The notes: generated by a model not told the origin, from the sequence alone. 64,000 nt of DNA from an uncultured Nitrososphaerales archaeon (GCA_963713605.1 CAVQMO010000001.1:608001-672000); one strand, 5' to 3'; positions 1 to 12,677 are shown, numbered from the stretch's first letter. Numbers and translations: made by a program.

Positions 1-403
1 CTCTAGAAACCACCCCGATTATTGCGTTAAAGGCATGGAGATAAATTTGTCTTACATTTCGTTTTGCCATCTTAGATAATGCCTCCTCTACGGTCGCATT
101 AGGACGAATTGTTAGGACTGGACTAGACATTATTTCTCTAAGTTTTACCTTAGAGGGATCTCTATTTTGAGACATTACTTTGAATAAAATGTCTGTCTTA
201 CTAACCACGCCAACGATATCTCCCCTTGCAGATACGAGAACACTTGTCGAATTCTTCACTTTCATAAGATGGCTTGCATCGTCAACGGTACTATTTGCTT
301 CGAGGATGATCACATCAGAATTAGAAATGGATCCAACAGTCGACGAAAGATATGAGGGAATAGTGTTTGGTTGTTTCTTGTTCTGATCCTTCTCCTCTTG
401 CAC
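1..403 (-). CDS. CBS-domain pair protein (truncated by window edge)
   Basis: Manual translation from GTG at 403: ...VIILEANSTVDDASHLMKVKNSTSVLVSARGDIVGVVSKTDIL...LREIMSSPVLTIRPNATVEEALSKM; not in ORF track. Confidence 0.8.
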   Translation of the reverse strand, partial: MQEEKDQNKKQPNTIPSYLSSTVGSISNSDVIILEANSTVDDASHLMKVKNSTSVLVSARGDIVGVVSKTDILFKVMSQNRDPSKVKLREIMSSPVLTIRPNATVEEALSKMAKRNVRQIYLHAFNAIIGVVSR

Positions 404-869
404 ACTCCATCAACGCACTTCAATTATTTATCTCTTGTCTCGTGACGATGTTGAATCGATTGTGGATCTAACATCGGACTTGGAGAATGTTCGAGCAAAC
501 CATCGTCCTCACAATTTCTTAAACCTAGGCATTCTAATTGTTTTATAGTCATTTCTATTCTAGTTTGCAATATGGCGAGCTGTAAATCGCTTGCGTTACT
601 GCTTGACACAAAACGATCTTTAAATTGGTACCCGTTTTAACGAACTTCTATCTAGTTAGACCTCGCTTATCTTGCGTTCATGATGAAAACTGGGACTCAC
701 ATATTTCACCTTTGACATCCCTATACGCACGCCCGAAAGCATTCTAGATTGGGGAATACCTGGCATTTGAAGCCAGCACAAACGCCAGACAATTCATCTG
801 AACATGAAGCTGACAGCAAAGTTAAAATCTTAATTCTTGCCTACTATGATGGGATAGGCAAGATTAACT

Positions 870-1025
870 ATGTCGGCAGCTCAAGCTCCAGTATTCTGCA
901 GTGAATGCAAAAAAGTGATAAACCTGGACTCCCTTGGAAGCGTGTACGTGGTGGCCAATACAGGGAATGAAACAGAGTACTATCATTTACAATGTTTCGA
1001 AGGATGGAAGGGAAAAAGGACTTAA
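870..1025 (+). CDS. 51-aa putative zinc-finger microprotein (CxxC...HxxC)
   Basis: Manual translation MSAAQAPVFCSECKKVINLDSLGSVYVVANTGNETEYYHLQCFEGWKGKRT*. Confidence 0.6.
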   Translation: MSAAQAPVFCSECKKVINLDSLGSVYVVANTGNETEYYHLQCFEGWKGKRT

Positions 1026-1361
1026 AGTTATTGTAATTGAAATTTCGACTAAGGTGCTTCTACATCTACGTAGCCTAAGCTTTGACAAATCTGTTCTCGA
1101 GGGCAGAGGTGATCTCGGTCTATTCATTATACACTCTGGGAGGGCGAACGGCAGTTAATTTGGAATACACACAACAGTCGCGTGACATGTTCCGATAATT
1201 TATGATTAGCCTGAAATACGAAAAATGTATAGGTACTACATAATACTAGTTTTCACAGGAAGAATATTATAGTATGGAATATCATAAGTATTCAGTATAA
1301 CCTAAATAGATAACCTCTTTTCGATCCTGATAAATAACTTCATCCTCCATTAGCAGATCAT

Positions 1362-1629
1362 ATGATGAAAAATCGGGGGAGACAGGACATAAATGCTATG
1401 AATCCTGGAAGCTGCAACAATTGCAGAAAATAAGACCAAGATCATGTATAAGGCATATCTTTCTCACAATCAACTTTGTGCACATTTGACAGAATTACAA
1501 GATAATGGATTGTTAGAGTATAGGTTAGGAGAACAAACTTATGTGACTACCCAAAAAGGTAAGAAGTACTTGGAAATTTATAATACTATGAATGAACTAA
1601 CTTCTGCTCCAGAAGACTCAGTGTTGTAG
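1362..1629 (+). CDS. Winged helix-turn-helix transcriptional regulator, 5' frameshift
   Basis: MMKNRGRQDI..ILEAATIAENKTKIMYKAYLSHNQL...TTQKGKKYL, typical archaeal wHTH; ORF track holds only the 3' part. Confidence 0.7.
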
Positions 1630-2484
1630 CAGATTTGAATAACCACTCGGAGATTAATGCTACAATTAACGAGTAATTAGTGAACTTTTATTTGAATGCA
1701 TCAGGCCTGTAACCTAACTCTTGTAAGTGAAAAACAATAAAATAATGGAGGAAGTCATCTTTCGTCATTCGAGGGCTTTAGTCTTGTGAAATACAGAAGC
1801 CCGAAAGTTTTTTTCCTATTTTATCTTATTGAGACCTACCAGCCATTAAATGATTTTGTATCATAAGTTTGGGTCGTTAGTTAAATGTGTTCAATTTACA
1901 CCTCTTATTTGTTTTTCTTACAGTGGAAACGACCAGAAATATTATACACTCAATCACGCAAATGAGAGTAAGATTCTACTTCCTTCAAATCAGATATATG
2001 AAGAGGGTTTAGTTTGTATTCTTATTTTAGAGGTAAAATTGGATAAGTAACGTGCTCTCCTCCTTTAGCAACAGTATGGGAGAGGAAAGGAGCCAAAGTA
2101 TGGATTTTCATTGCACATGATTCTACTCTGCAAGAGAACTATTCTTAAAATTTATCCTAAAAATAAACATTAGATAGTTCTATCCCTAGTGGTTGCACTA
2201 GAAGCAATAAGCTTAGATATTCTGGAGTCACTGCCTATCATTGACGTGATCCAGCCTGGTAGCTTTTTGACATCAGTACTTCCTTTTCACAACATTTAGA
2301 ATATTTAATAGTCATTATGGTCGAAATGTTTGTCTTTATGAACTGGCTAAATCGCGCTTCTACAAATTAGTGCGTGTACCTGAATATTCCTTTTGAACGA
2401 GATAAGAAATACCAATTTTGATTTTGCAAAGCAATCAAATCAATTCTAAACTTTGTAAGCGGTTTGGGCTGCAAATCATTTTTT

Positions 2485-2841
2485 TCAGCTGCCAAGCATC
2501 TTCCCTGCCTTGTTCTCCGACCTGCGCAGCCAACAAAGTTCGAATTTGTCAAATTTTTTTTCGAGGACCCAAACTTTGGTAGCAAGTTTTCTTAAGCTTT
2601 CATTATTTATCCCATATTTATGATTGATTTGATTCACCACTAATTGGCTATCCGAGAGTATCACAATTTGACTGTCTTTATTAACAACATTGTTGAGCGC
2701 AGATATGACAGCCAAATACTCTGCCTCATTATTGGAAATACCTTCATGATGTTCCATATGAGACTCTCCTGTCTCATCTATTAAATAGCCATACCTAAAG
2801 TAAGGACTACCGCTACCATCCACATAAATATGTAAAACCAC
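2485..2841 (-). CDS. rnhA: Ribonuclease HI family protein
   Basis: YVDGS, NNEAEYLA, SDSQLV, R.EN.A catalytic motifs. Confidence 0.85.
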   Translation of the reverse strand: MVLHIYVDGSGSPYFRYGYLIDETGESHMEHHEGISNNEAEYLAVISALNNVVNKDSQIVILSDSQLVVNQINHKYGINNESLRKLATKVWVLEKKFDKFELCWLRRSENKAGKMLGS

Positions 2842-3092
2842 TTGAACCGTTCATTTCAATAACCCAGATACGATATATAGTTATGTTTGACCAATCTCCA
2901 ACAAGAAAAAAGTGGTATGAATTAGCTGTGAATAGCAAACCAAATGACACTAAATGAGGTTTAATTTCTAGCATTTTATATGGGTTAACGATATTGTTAC
3001 ATTATGGGCTCATTTAGTATGAGACCCGAGATATAGATTGTTTTCAGTTAAGAGGACGATAACTTAATAGCCAATTTGTTCTATTCTGCATC

Positions 3093-3972
3093 ATGAATTC
3101 CAAATCAGATGTTCAACTCCTTAGACAAAAAATTTTGAACCCGAATGAATTTCTAGTGTTGCCTGGGGTATTTGACGCGTTGAGTGCTCGAATCACTGAG
3201 ATTACAGGCTTCGACGCTATTTTTCAAACTGGTTATGGGTCAGCAGCGACTGTACTAGGTATGCCAGATTATGGATTCCTGAATGCCGGAGAAACTATGG
3301 ACAATGCACGAAAAATCGTCCGAGCAGTGGATATTCCTGTTATAGTGGATATCGATACTGGATATGGTAACCCACTTACCGTGTGGCGTATTGTAAAAGA
3401 TCTCGAATCGATGGGTGCCTCTGGAGTCTTTTTAGAGGATCAAGTGTGGCCGAAGCGGTGTGGTCACATGGCAGGAAAGGAAATAATTTCAGTCGATGAA
3501 TATTTGCTGAAGCTAACCGCTGCGATCGACGCTCGAGATGACAAGGACTTCATTGTAGTTGCTAGGACTGATGCTCGTGCCACGTCTGGCTTGGATGAGG
3601 CTATAGAACGTGGTAGAGAATACTTGAAATCTGGTGCAGATGTCATCTTCATCGAAGACTCCTAGATCGATAGAGGAGCTAAAGGAAATTGGTAGCAAGA
3701 TTAATGCCCCGTTAGTGGCTAACATGATCGAGGGAGGCATGACGCCAAACTTGACTGCATCAGAGCTTCATAACTTGGGCTTCAGCATCGGTGTTTTTCC
3801 CCTCTCAGGTTTATTCGCTTCAGCGTTTGCTATGAAAAAAGTCTTCGAAGAGCTTCATAGATCAGGTAGTACATCTAGAGAAAGGGAAAAAATGATAACA
3901 TTTGAAGAATTCAATAGACTTGTAAACCTACAAAAGTATATAGATCTAGAACATAAATATACTACTCGTTAG
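3093..3972 (+). CDS. Isocitrate lyase/PEP mutase family (2-methylisocitrate lyase-like), frameshift near 3655
   Basis: DIDTGYG, LEDQ, KRCGH, ARTDA motifs; two overlapping ORFs join into one protein. Confidence 0.85.
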
Positions 3973-4061
3973 GAATCCAAAGACTTAGTTCTATTAATGG
4001 TAATGGTAATAAATATTGAGGTTACTGTCGGGCTGCAAAGGAATACCGAGGTCATCCTAAA

Positions 4062-4958
4062 ATGAGAATCGCACATGTAAATAATACAGCCGGGATCGCG
4101 TCCATTTTGAGCAGGCATCAGCGATTGTTGGGAAATGAAGCCGACGTGTTTGTTTTTAACAAATTTCTGCATAGGCAATTCGGAGGAGAAAAGGTACGTT
4201 ACTATTTTCCATTATCAAGATGGAAATTCTTGAAGAAACTGCAAGGATATGATATATGGCACTATCACTATCCTTACGGGTCCCTAAGGAGAGCCCTGGA
4301 GAAACGAAAAGAAAACAGGATCTACCTTAAGCATTACCATGGAGATGACTTGAGAGGAAAATATGATAGTGATTTTTGTCTGGTCTCAACCCCTGATTTA
4401 TTGGAGTTTGCGCCCAACGCCGAATGGTTTCCTACTCCATTGGATCTAGAACACCTTGTCTATGCTCCACGCAATTTCGATGGCTTAAGTCCCTCTAGAA
4501 AGCCAATCATTGCCCACTATCCTCACTACCGGTTGTACCAGAAGTACGAAGATCTATACTCAAACACGCTTCAACACCTACAAAAGGAAGGCAAATGTGA
4601 GATAGAAACTATATTTGACATCCCCCGCAGCGACGTTCTGAAAATCCTCTCTTCGTGTGATCTTGTTGTCGGGAAAATATTACCCCAAATCGGATGGTTC
4701 GGAAAATTCGAATTAGAAGCTATGGCATTAGGCAAACCGGTAGTCGCCTACGTTAGTTCGGACCTATTTCAGCGCTATGACCCGCCGGTTTACAGAACAA
4801 CTAAAGATACATTCAAGAGCGATTTAGAATCTATCTTAGTTGACATCGAGGAGCAGCGCAAGTTGTCCAAAGCAGGGCGGCTATACGTTGAAAAATATCA
4901 TTCAGCAAGAAACCTTCTAAAGCAACTGGACCGGGCGTACTCTCAGAGCCAACAATAA
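4062..4958 (+). CDS. GT-B fold glycosyltransferase
   Basis: GWFGKFELEAMALGKPVV motif; N-terminal MRIAHV. Confidence 0.8.
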   Translation: MRIAHVNNTAGIASILSRHQRLLGNEADVFVFNKFLHRQFGGEKVRYYFPLSRWKFLKKLQGYDIWHYHYPYGSLRRALEKRKENRIYLKHYHGDDLRGKYDSDFCLVSTPDLLEFAPNAEWFPTPLDLEHLVYAPRNFDGLSPSRKPIIAHYPHYRLYQKYEDLYSNTLQHLQKEGKCEIETIFDIPRSDVLKILSSCDLVVGKILPQIGWFGKFELEAMALGKPVVAYVSSDLFQRYDPPVYRTTKDTFKSDLESILVDIEEQRKLSKAGRLYVEKYHSARNLLKQLDRAYSQSQQ

Positions 4959-5005
4959 TAAATACCATCTGGCATATTGGACTTGAAAAAGAGAATACCA
5001 ATCAA

Positions 5006-6221
5006 ATGAACCTTCTTCCATTGCTGACTCTCCGGTACGACCCCATGGACAATTATGTTCCTACTTTTAGATTAAGAGATGTTTCTATTGCAGATGTCTC
5101 TAAAACTTATTCAAAACGGAATCTAGTTTCTGTTCGTATTCTGGAGAACAAAATCAGGTCTGCAATTAGAAGAGAGGTAGACAAATTTCGCCAAAATAAG
5201 ACTCTGTGTAGCATTGAGTGCTGGTGTAGACTCTAACCTAATCCTGTGTCTGTTACGTGATGAATTTCCTAGTTTAGAGTTGGAATGCATTAACGTAAGT
5301 TTTGATGAAAAGAACGAGGCCCTTGAAGCCAAGAAGATTTCAGAAAAGAAAGGTGCAGGTTTCCACCAAGTTTATGTGGAAAATCCCCTTCGCGACTTGC
5401 CTGCGATGATAAACATCATAAGGGAACCGAGATGGAATGTTTACCAGTACTACTTTATAAAGAAAGCAAAGTCTATCTCTAATTTGTTGTTCACGGGAGA
5501 CGGAGGTGATGAAGTCTTTGCCGGTTATGCCTTTCGATACAAGAAATTTCTCCAAGCATGCGACCGAAATACAAACACCTTTGAACGAGTAAAGTTGTAC
5601 CTATCTTGCCATGAAAGGGATTGGGTCCCCGATCAACATGAAATGTTTGCTGAGGAGTTGAAGTTCAACTGGTCTTCTATCTACTCCCTTCTCACACCAT
5701 ATTTCAGCAATAACCTAGGGCCATTGGATCAGGTAATGTTGGCCGACTACAATGGCAAACTTATGCATGATTTTGTGCCAACCAACGACAAATATTTCCG
5801 TTCCTTTAAACTGCAAGGAATTTCCCCTCTGTTAGATAACGATGTCGTGGAGCTTGGATTCGATTTGCCTTCAGAAATGAAATACAATACCGATTCTAAC
5901 GTAGGAAAACTTCCACTACGTGAAATTCTACAACTTTATGCCTCAGATTCTGACAAGAAAATGAATGTGAAAGTTGGATATGGCATGGATCTTGTAAATC
6001 TTTGGAATAGCTGCGGCAAAGAAACGGTTACCATGCTATTGGATAAAGGACGTATATTCGAGGACAGACTCATAGATAAAAATTGGTACTTTAGGTCGCT
6101 CAAGCGAATCGACGAAAATGATGATCTTAGGTATATCAGCAAGCTGTTGCAGATTCTAAGCCTAGAGGTATGGTATAGGATATTTGTGACTTCCGAAATG
6201 AATCCCTCGCACCATGTATGA
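5006..6221 (+). CDS. Asparagine synthase C-terminal-domain protein, frameshift near 5190
   Basis: LSAGVDS, TGDGGDEVFAGY, SPLLD, GKLPLR motifs. Confidence 0.8.
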
Positions 6222-7887
6222 AAGTGTCAGTAGGAATTTGGGATCACGTCTTGATGAGATGTCACTACAAGAGGGCAAATTCCACTCAAGAGCGGTTTAT
6301 TTGAATTTGCATAATTCTTTATTGGAAAACAAACTTTCGTTGTGTACAATTAGGGTCTTTTCTCGAAAGGATCTTCCCTTTTACCTGATCGTTTTCTTCT
6401 CCGGTATATTTTTGAAGATTGCTGCCGAATTAATTGCTTATCCATATCCAATAGGTTATGATGTCATAAATTACTATATCCCGATGTTATCGAACTTTGA
6501 AAATCAATGGAATACCATATTAAGAGATTATCCATTTTATACTTACGTTCTTCACCTGGTACAGGATTTAACAGGTTTGTCAGTACAAACTACTGTTTCT
6601 ACGTTTGCAACTCTTGTTTTCGGTCTTTTTGCGGTATCAGTCTTTTCATTAGGAAAGGCTATAATTAAAAAAAGTAACCTTTCTGCAGTACTGCTTTCAT
6701 TATTTGTTATTGTGCAAATCCCAGTTCTAAGAACGGCTTGGGACTTGCACAGGGATATGTTCTCGCTAACTATGATGTTTTTTGCCATTTCGATCTTAAT
6801 ACAATTAAGAAACACCCATCCCAGCAGATTCCCTTCTCTAACCATAGTATCTTGTCTATCATTTACTGTACTTTCGGTTATCTCTGATAGAATGGTTGGG
6901 GCTTGGCTTATTGTTGTCTACTGCATTTGTATCGTACGCTACAGAGAGAGGATAGTAGCAATAAGTCTTACAGTGGCCTTAGTATCATTTATCTTATTAT
7001 TATTATTTGTTACCGGTGATGGATATTCAATAATTAGCTCCTCGATCCGTGGTATTGCAAATGTAGATATGGATCCTCAAATTTTTGGCAAACAAGGAAC
7101 GATAAATGATAGTTACAACCAAATTAATCTTTTTTCTTATTTCGTAGCTCTTAACATTTTGCTTGTTCCTTTGGCAATTGTCGGTTATTTTCAATTGAAA
7201 GAGTCGTTATTGAAGGTCAGCCTCTTCGTTGCTCTGGTGGGCTCAATGACCTGGCTAGTGTTTCCTTACGCAAGGGAATTGGTGGCAGATAGATGGATCT
7301 TGCTCTTCGGAATATCCCTTTCGATCTTTGCAGGATACGGATTTGTTAGAACCATCCAAATGGTATCAGCCAGGATAAGAAATACCTACCTATATATTCT
7401 AGTTTCAGCTGCGATTTTTCTTTTTTTTGCACAGTTTGGAATCCTATATGCCGTGCTTCCATATGAAGCACAGGTTTCAATTATTGGTCTTTTTGATAAG
7501 AACATCCAAGATTTTGCTCCAAAATCTATGCAATTCAATTCAGTCAAAGTCGATCAATCCCCTATGATTTTATACGTGCTCAATTGGATAAATGAAAACA
7601 CATCTGCACATTCGACAGTCGTGGGGAGTAGTGACTGGAGAGGTTGGTTCATTTCAGGACTAGCAGGAAATAGAAGTTTTGTCGGCTATGATATGCTAGA
7701 GGATTTGTCCAAGGCTTCGACCTACACGCCAAACGATCAAACGTATCTAATTGGTACGAAAGAAAGCGATGATTCCATGCGTCACAGGACGAATTCCGTA
7801 TTTGATGGAATAAAAGTTTACTCAAATAGCCTGTTTACCGTTTACAGGATATTGGAATTCCCCAAAAATGTGACTCTTGTTCATTAG
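6214..7887 (+). CDS. Polytopic membrane protein, probable GT-C type glycosyltransferase
   Basis: Many TM segments; YPIGYDVINYY loop after the first helix; lies within the GT cluster. Confidence 0.6.
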   Translation: MYESVSRNLGSRLDEMSLQEGKFHSRAVYLNLHNSLLENKLSLCTIRVFSRKDLPFYLIVFFSGIFLKIAAELIAYPYPIGYDVINYYIPMLSNFENQWNTILRDYPFYTYVLHLVQDLTGLSVQTTVSTFATLVFGLFAVSVFSLGKAIIKKSNLSAVLLSLFVIVQIPVLRTAWDLHRDMFSLTMMFFAISILIQLRNTHPSRFPSLTIVSCLSFTVLSVISDRMVGAWLIVVYCICIVRYRERIVAISLTVALVSFILLLLFVTGDGYSIISSSIRGIANVDMDPQIFGKQGTINDSYNQINLFSYFVALNILLVPLAIVGYFQLKESLLKVSLFVALVGSMTWLVFPYARELVADRWILLFGISLSIFAGYGFVRTIQMVSARIRNTYLYILVSAAIFLFFAQFGILYAVLPYEAQVSIIGLFDKNIQDFAPKSMQFNSVKVDQSPMILYVLNWINENTSAHSTVVGSSDWRGWFISGLAGNRSFVGYDMLEDLSKASTYTPNDQTYLIGTKESDDSMRHRTNSVFDGIKVYSNSLFTVYRILEFPKNVTLVH

Positions 7888-7965
7888 GCGTCAGTATTGA
7901 TGTATGAAATCTATCACATCCGAGATAAGTAATGTATTTTAACGGTATTCTGCTCTATATGAAGT

Positions 7966-8484
7966 GTGGATTCTAAATCCCTGATGAAATCTTTAGCCAG
8001 TAACTGGACCAGGAGACGATGGCTAGATTTTCGAAATGGTCATAGTATTTATCTAATATTTTTGATGACTTTTGCAAATTTCGTCGTGATACAATACGGC
8101 CTTCTCATTGACCAAGTACCTTATTTAAAGAGCCTATTCGAAAGTATCTGGATTTTCGCAGTCGTATTTGTTTCCGCGTATGTACCCGTAGCAATCGTCA
8201 TTGGGTATTGGCACCGCAAGACTCAATGGAGAGTGGAACAACAGGCCTTATTTAAGGAGAACGAAATTGGGGCGACAATGTGGTTGTTTGTCATAGATCT
8301 TATTGACGGTAAGGTTTCTGAGGAGGAAAAAAAGCAAATGAGGGATATGCTACATAAAATTGTACGAAAGCCACCCAGGGCGACCGAACAAACTGGAAAT
8401 CAGAAGCAAGATCGCGTTGATGGACCTGCCGAAGCTAGCATCTCTGATTATAAGGAACCACGAATCGAACAAGGACAGAAATAG
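7966..8484 (+). CDS. Hypothetical membrane protein (2 TM)
   Basis: 172-aa ORF, two hydrophobic segments. Confidence 0.65.
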   Translation: MDSKSLMKSLASNWTRRRWLDFRNGHSIYLIFLMTFANFVVIQYGLLIDQVPYLKSLFESIWIFAVVFVSAYVPVAIVIGYWHRKTQWRVEQQALFKENEIGATMWLFVIDLIDGKVSEEEKKQMRDMLHKIVRKPPRATEQTGNQKQDRVDGPAEASISDYKEPRIEQGQK

Positions 8485-8729
8485 CATTTCTGTTTATGGA
8501 CCTCAGGTTACGGCGATAGAGGCCTTGATCAAGTGTGGATTTCGGCCGCTTATAAGCGACACAATAAGGCCGGAATCAACATTTTAGCCATTAAAAACAT
8601 CTTAACTCCTCAGCTATAAAATAACTCGACGTTTAAGGACATGTTCAAACCCATGGAATTGAATCCGATATTAGATGAGTTACTCATAGTAGATTTATTA
8701 ATTGAGTTCAATATTGAGCATCCATACAT

Positions 8730-9900
8730 TTGAGGGTGTTACACGTATCTCATGAAGGTCTACCAGATTGGCGAGTAGAAAAGTCTGCGATCACTGGTTT
8801 GAAGCTTGGTTACAGAGTAAGCTTTGCGGGTAAACCAGGGAATAATACCAACGGAACTAATTTTGCTAAGATTTATGAGATTGAATGGAATAGCAAAGCT
8901 CGACTCGGCATCCCTTACTACTGGCAGCAGGCGAAAAAGCAATTGCAGAAAATTCTGAAACAAGAAGCCCCAGACATCGTCCATTCACACAATCTATATT
9001 CTGCAAAGCTAATTTCAGAACTCGGGGTACCCTTTGTCTTCGATGACCATGAATATTGGTCTATGTCATCGAAAATACTTCTTGAGATGGATTATCAACC
9101 ATTCCAATCTAGCGTCAGAACCCAAAGTGACAATCAAACCTGAGATGTCCAAAATTTCGATTAAGAGGAGGTTGAATAGAATAAGAAGACGCTTAATCGA
9201 TCGTTATGCGATCCGTATATGGACTGAATGGGAGATAGAACTCATTTCCACTGCCCCAGTTATTGTGGTTTCCGAAACAATCGCAAAGGATTACCGGCGT
9301 CTAGCGGTGAACGCTAGGTCGTTTCTCGTCCCGAATTATCCTATCTTGTCAGAAGTAGAAGCAATAGGTTCCCCCAAGTATCAAACTCAAGTTGATTGTA
9401 TTTATTCAGGAGGTGACGGCAACGATAAGGTCATGTATCCTCAAAGGCGAATGGACGGACTATTCGAGCTATTTGAGAATGATAAGAGATTCCCCTTGAC
9501 GATTGCGGGTTGGTCCGATTCCTCTTTCCCCAATCTGAGATTTCTCGGGTTCTTGTCACGCTCAGAAATGTTCGCTGAAATGTCAAGACACACTGTGGGC
9601 CTCCTGCCTTGGAAGAAGCACTGGGCGCACTACTATACGAATCCAAACAAACCATATGAGTACGCACATGCTGGGTTGGCAGTAGTTTGTACTTCATCTA
9701 TTCATCCCGTAATCGAATCACTCCAAGATTGCTGTGTGAAGTTTGATGATTATCCAGATTTAGTGATTAAGCTAGACTTTTTGCAACAGCACCCTGAGGA
9801 ACTTCACATTTTGCGAAAACGAACGCGAGAATTAGCAAGAGAAAAGCTAACATGGGAGAAGCACGAGAATCAAATTATTAGTGCATATAAGGCCTGCTGA
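8730..9900 (+). CDS. Glycosyltransferase family 4-like, frameshift near 9130
   Basis: RVEKSA, PDIVHSHN, FDDHE and PNKPYEYAHAGL motifs across two ORFs. Confidence 0.8.
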
Positions 9901-10033
9901 CGGCTTTAGAGCAATTGAACATCCATCCATATGATTATGAGCTGGAACCTGTTATTTCCTTCCTGTGATTTAGGTTAAGGAAACCTTAGCTTTACTGATA
10001 GAACTTTAATTAGTCTTGCATCGACCCACTTCT

Positions 10034-10895
10034 ATGGGTACGTATTTCGCGATTGTTACTTGTAGGAATTCTAAGGATGAGATCCATGCTCGCTCTAACG
10101 TCATTAAGAGATCAGACATTAGCTCCAGAGTATGTGATTGTTGTGGATGATGGGTCGACAGACAAAACTTCGGAGATTTTGGCTCAGATAAAGCAAAACT
10201 GGCAATCACTCCATGTCATCACACATAATGACCTGGGTTATGATATTAGCAGAGTCGTGAGGAATTGGAACGAAGCCATCACATACTCGAGAAGCAAGAC
10301 GCTTACACATACAACCTATCACATGATTGCAACAGATGATACAACTTATCCACCTGGGTATGCTAAGCAGTTAGTCGATTTTATGGATAATAATTCCAAT
10401 ATTGCCATCGCGTCAGGTAATTACACGAAATACGTGCCTGAAAAGCCCCATGGTGCCGGGAGATTTGTACGAAACACATTTTTCGAACAGACTCACTGGG
10501 GAGGACTATATCCTGAATTAATGGGATATGAGTCAGCGATACTCTATGAGTCAGAACGGCTCGGGTACTGCTATGCAATACTAACTGACGCTAAGTTTCA
10601 ACACTCTAGACCTCTGGGAAAACATCACAAGTTCTATGAATTTGGTGCGAGCATGAAGACACTGGGATATCACCCGGTCTTTGTATGGGGGAGATTTGCG
10701 AAGTATCTAGCAACTGGCGAGGTAACTGGGAGGATTGGAGCATTCAATATGTTATATTACTACTTCTCATACAAACCAAAATTGGTTGGTTATGATCGGC
10801 TGTATGATAATCAGCTACGAAACTTCGTCAGGGAAATTCAAAAAAGAAGAATGCTTTCTGCCATATCTGGGAGGAAGCGTCAGAAAAATCGCTAG
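10034..10895 (+). CDS. Glycosyltransferase family 2, frameshift near 10090
   Basis: MGTYFAIVTCRNS start in another frame; VVDDGSTD and ATDD (DxD-like) motifs. Confidence 0.8.
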
Positions 10896-11342
10896 AAAAG
10901 ATACTTACTATTTCCTCTCGGCCTGCTTTGCATTCTATTATTCTGAGCCTCGTTCCGTTTACAGTCCTTTGGATTAGATCGATTTTTTTCAATCGTAAGA
11001 TTGTCGGGCAACATAATTCCAATTTGAGATCGTATGAGCTAGGTGGATTTTAGGTAGTGATCATCTTTGAAAATCATTCTTAGTCCAATCACCAGATCTT
11101 AAATATTTCCACCATGTGAAGCACTTCACAATTTTCCGCTGTTTAGGTGCTTTCAGTTGTAAATGGATTGTTACGACGGAGGTGGCTTAAAGTCCAGTGA
11201 GCAAGTATCTATTTAGGGAAAGAAAAGACTAGCAATGGCTAGTTCTAAAAATCTAAAATCATTTCAAATATATTTATATTGCAAATATGAATTGTGCAAC
11301 ATTGGTCAGCATTCAACAATCCACGGGATTAGCCGGCTTGAA

Positions 11343-12407
11343 TTATAGTGCATTTACAAATCTGTTCATCTTAGCCAGACTGACCTCAAATCCAAATCTA
11401 GCTTCTTCTCTTTTCATATTCTGGTACATGTTCATCATTAATTTAAAATGTCTTATCATATTCAATGATGACTCCATTTTAAGTCGGATAATTCGGTAAA
11501 CATCATCATAATATCTAAACCGTTTGAGAACTCTGGCAGAGTACTGCTTGAAATCAAATCTTTCTCCAGGTTTGTTGCATCTAGCAAGCTCGTGCAAGAA
11601 AATATCACAACATATTAGAGATGGAATGATTCCCTCTCCAAGCATTGGAAACACACAGCCGATAGACTCTCCAACACCAACGATATTATTCCAATAGAAT
11701 GGTTGCATTCTTCGAGGAGGAGCCAATCGTATCGGCCTTCCTATTTTTTTTCTGATACTGCATTCTGGATGTCTAGCCATGAACTCGGCAATCCCATAAT
11801 ATCTCCTGTCCAAATCTCCGGCACCAACAAAAGCTTCTCCATTACTTAGGGGGAAGCACCAGAAGTAACCTCGAGCACCTTTGTATCCAATCACATAAAA
11901 ATCATCAATGTCCTTGATATTTTCAACTAAATATTCGTAAGCGGGTATAATAAAGTCCTCTTCAGATCTTGGCAACAGCGACCGATGGAATCCGGTGCAG
12001 TCAATTACCAAATCACATTCCGACAATAGTGGGCTTTCCAAAGTACATTTCATTCCGTAAGAAACCTTAATGCCTCGAAGTAGATCTGATTCCCATTTAC
12101 GTTTGTTATAGGTAACCAAACCCTTAAGCTCTAAGTATTCCACTTTGTTTCCCGGAAGGTCGAGCCTTAGTGTACGTCCAGTATGAGTAATATACTCGCT
12201 AAATTCAAGCCCCGCTTGCTCCGAGAATTTTGCAAGCATGTTCTTTGACCCCCCCCATGCGCATATTGGCCAATGTGCTCCCTCGTCATTGGTTTCATAC
12301 ACCTCAATTTCATGGCCCGTCTTTGATATCATATTTGCCAGATAACTTCCGGCGACACCAGCACCAACGATCGCAATGCGCATACATTTGATCTTCCTAG
12401 GTTGCAT
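11343..12407 (-). CDS. Geranylgeranyl reductase family FAD-dependent oxidoreductase
   Basis: GAGVAG Rossmann motif, GYFWCFP, VGESIGCVFPMLGEGI. Confidence 0.8.
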   Translation of the reverse strand: MQPRKIKCMRIAIVGAGVAGSYLANMISKTGHEIEVYETNDEGAHWPICAWGGSKNMLAKFSEQAGLEFSEYITHTGRTLRLDLPGNKVEYLELKGLVTYNKRKWESDLLRGIKVSYGMKCTLESPLLSECDLVIDCTGFHRSLLPRSEEDFIIPAYEYLVENIKDIDDFYVIGYKGARGYFWCFPLSNGEAFVGAGDLDRRYYGIAEFMARHPECSIRKKIGRPIRLAPPRRMQPFYWNNIVGVGESIGCVFPMLGEGIIPSLICCDIFLHELARCNKPGERFDFKQYSARVLKRFRYYDDVYRIIRLKMESSLNMIRHFKLMMNMYQNMKREEARFGFEVSLAKMNRFVNAL

Positions 12408-12677
12408 CTAAAAACCTATCCCATAAGTTTTCTTCATTCTACCTAGAGATTAAAAATACTGCACCTGTTGAGCGGACTCGCATAGTAGTACCGTTCGCCA
12501 ACTTAACTTGGAATAAGATGGGATTGAATTACGAACGGTTTCACAACTTCAGTATTTCTTGAGCAAGAAACATAAGAACAATGACATAATTAAATACTTA
12601 TATTCGATAGACAAGAAGCAGAGACTTAGTACATATCGGAGGTTCGCATATATAGGATATCTGCTAGCGTTTTTTGA

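Noticed and set aside
1850..2050. Short ORFs in AT-rich intergenic DNA (also 36173-36463, 42397-42600)
   Set aside because: No motifs or protein-like features to support them
3634..3665. Programmed frameshifting in split genes
   Set aside because: No consistent slippery sites; indels are scattered over unrelated genes
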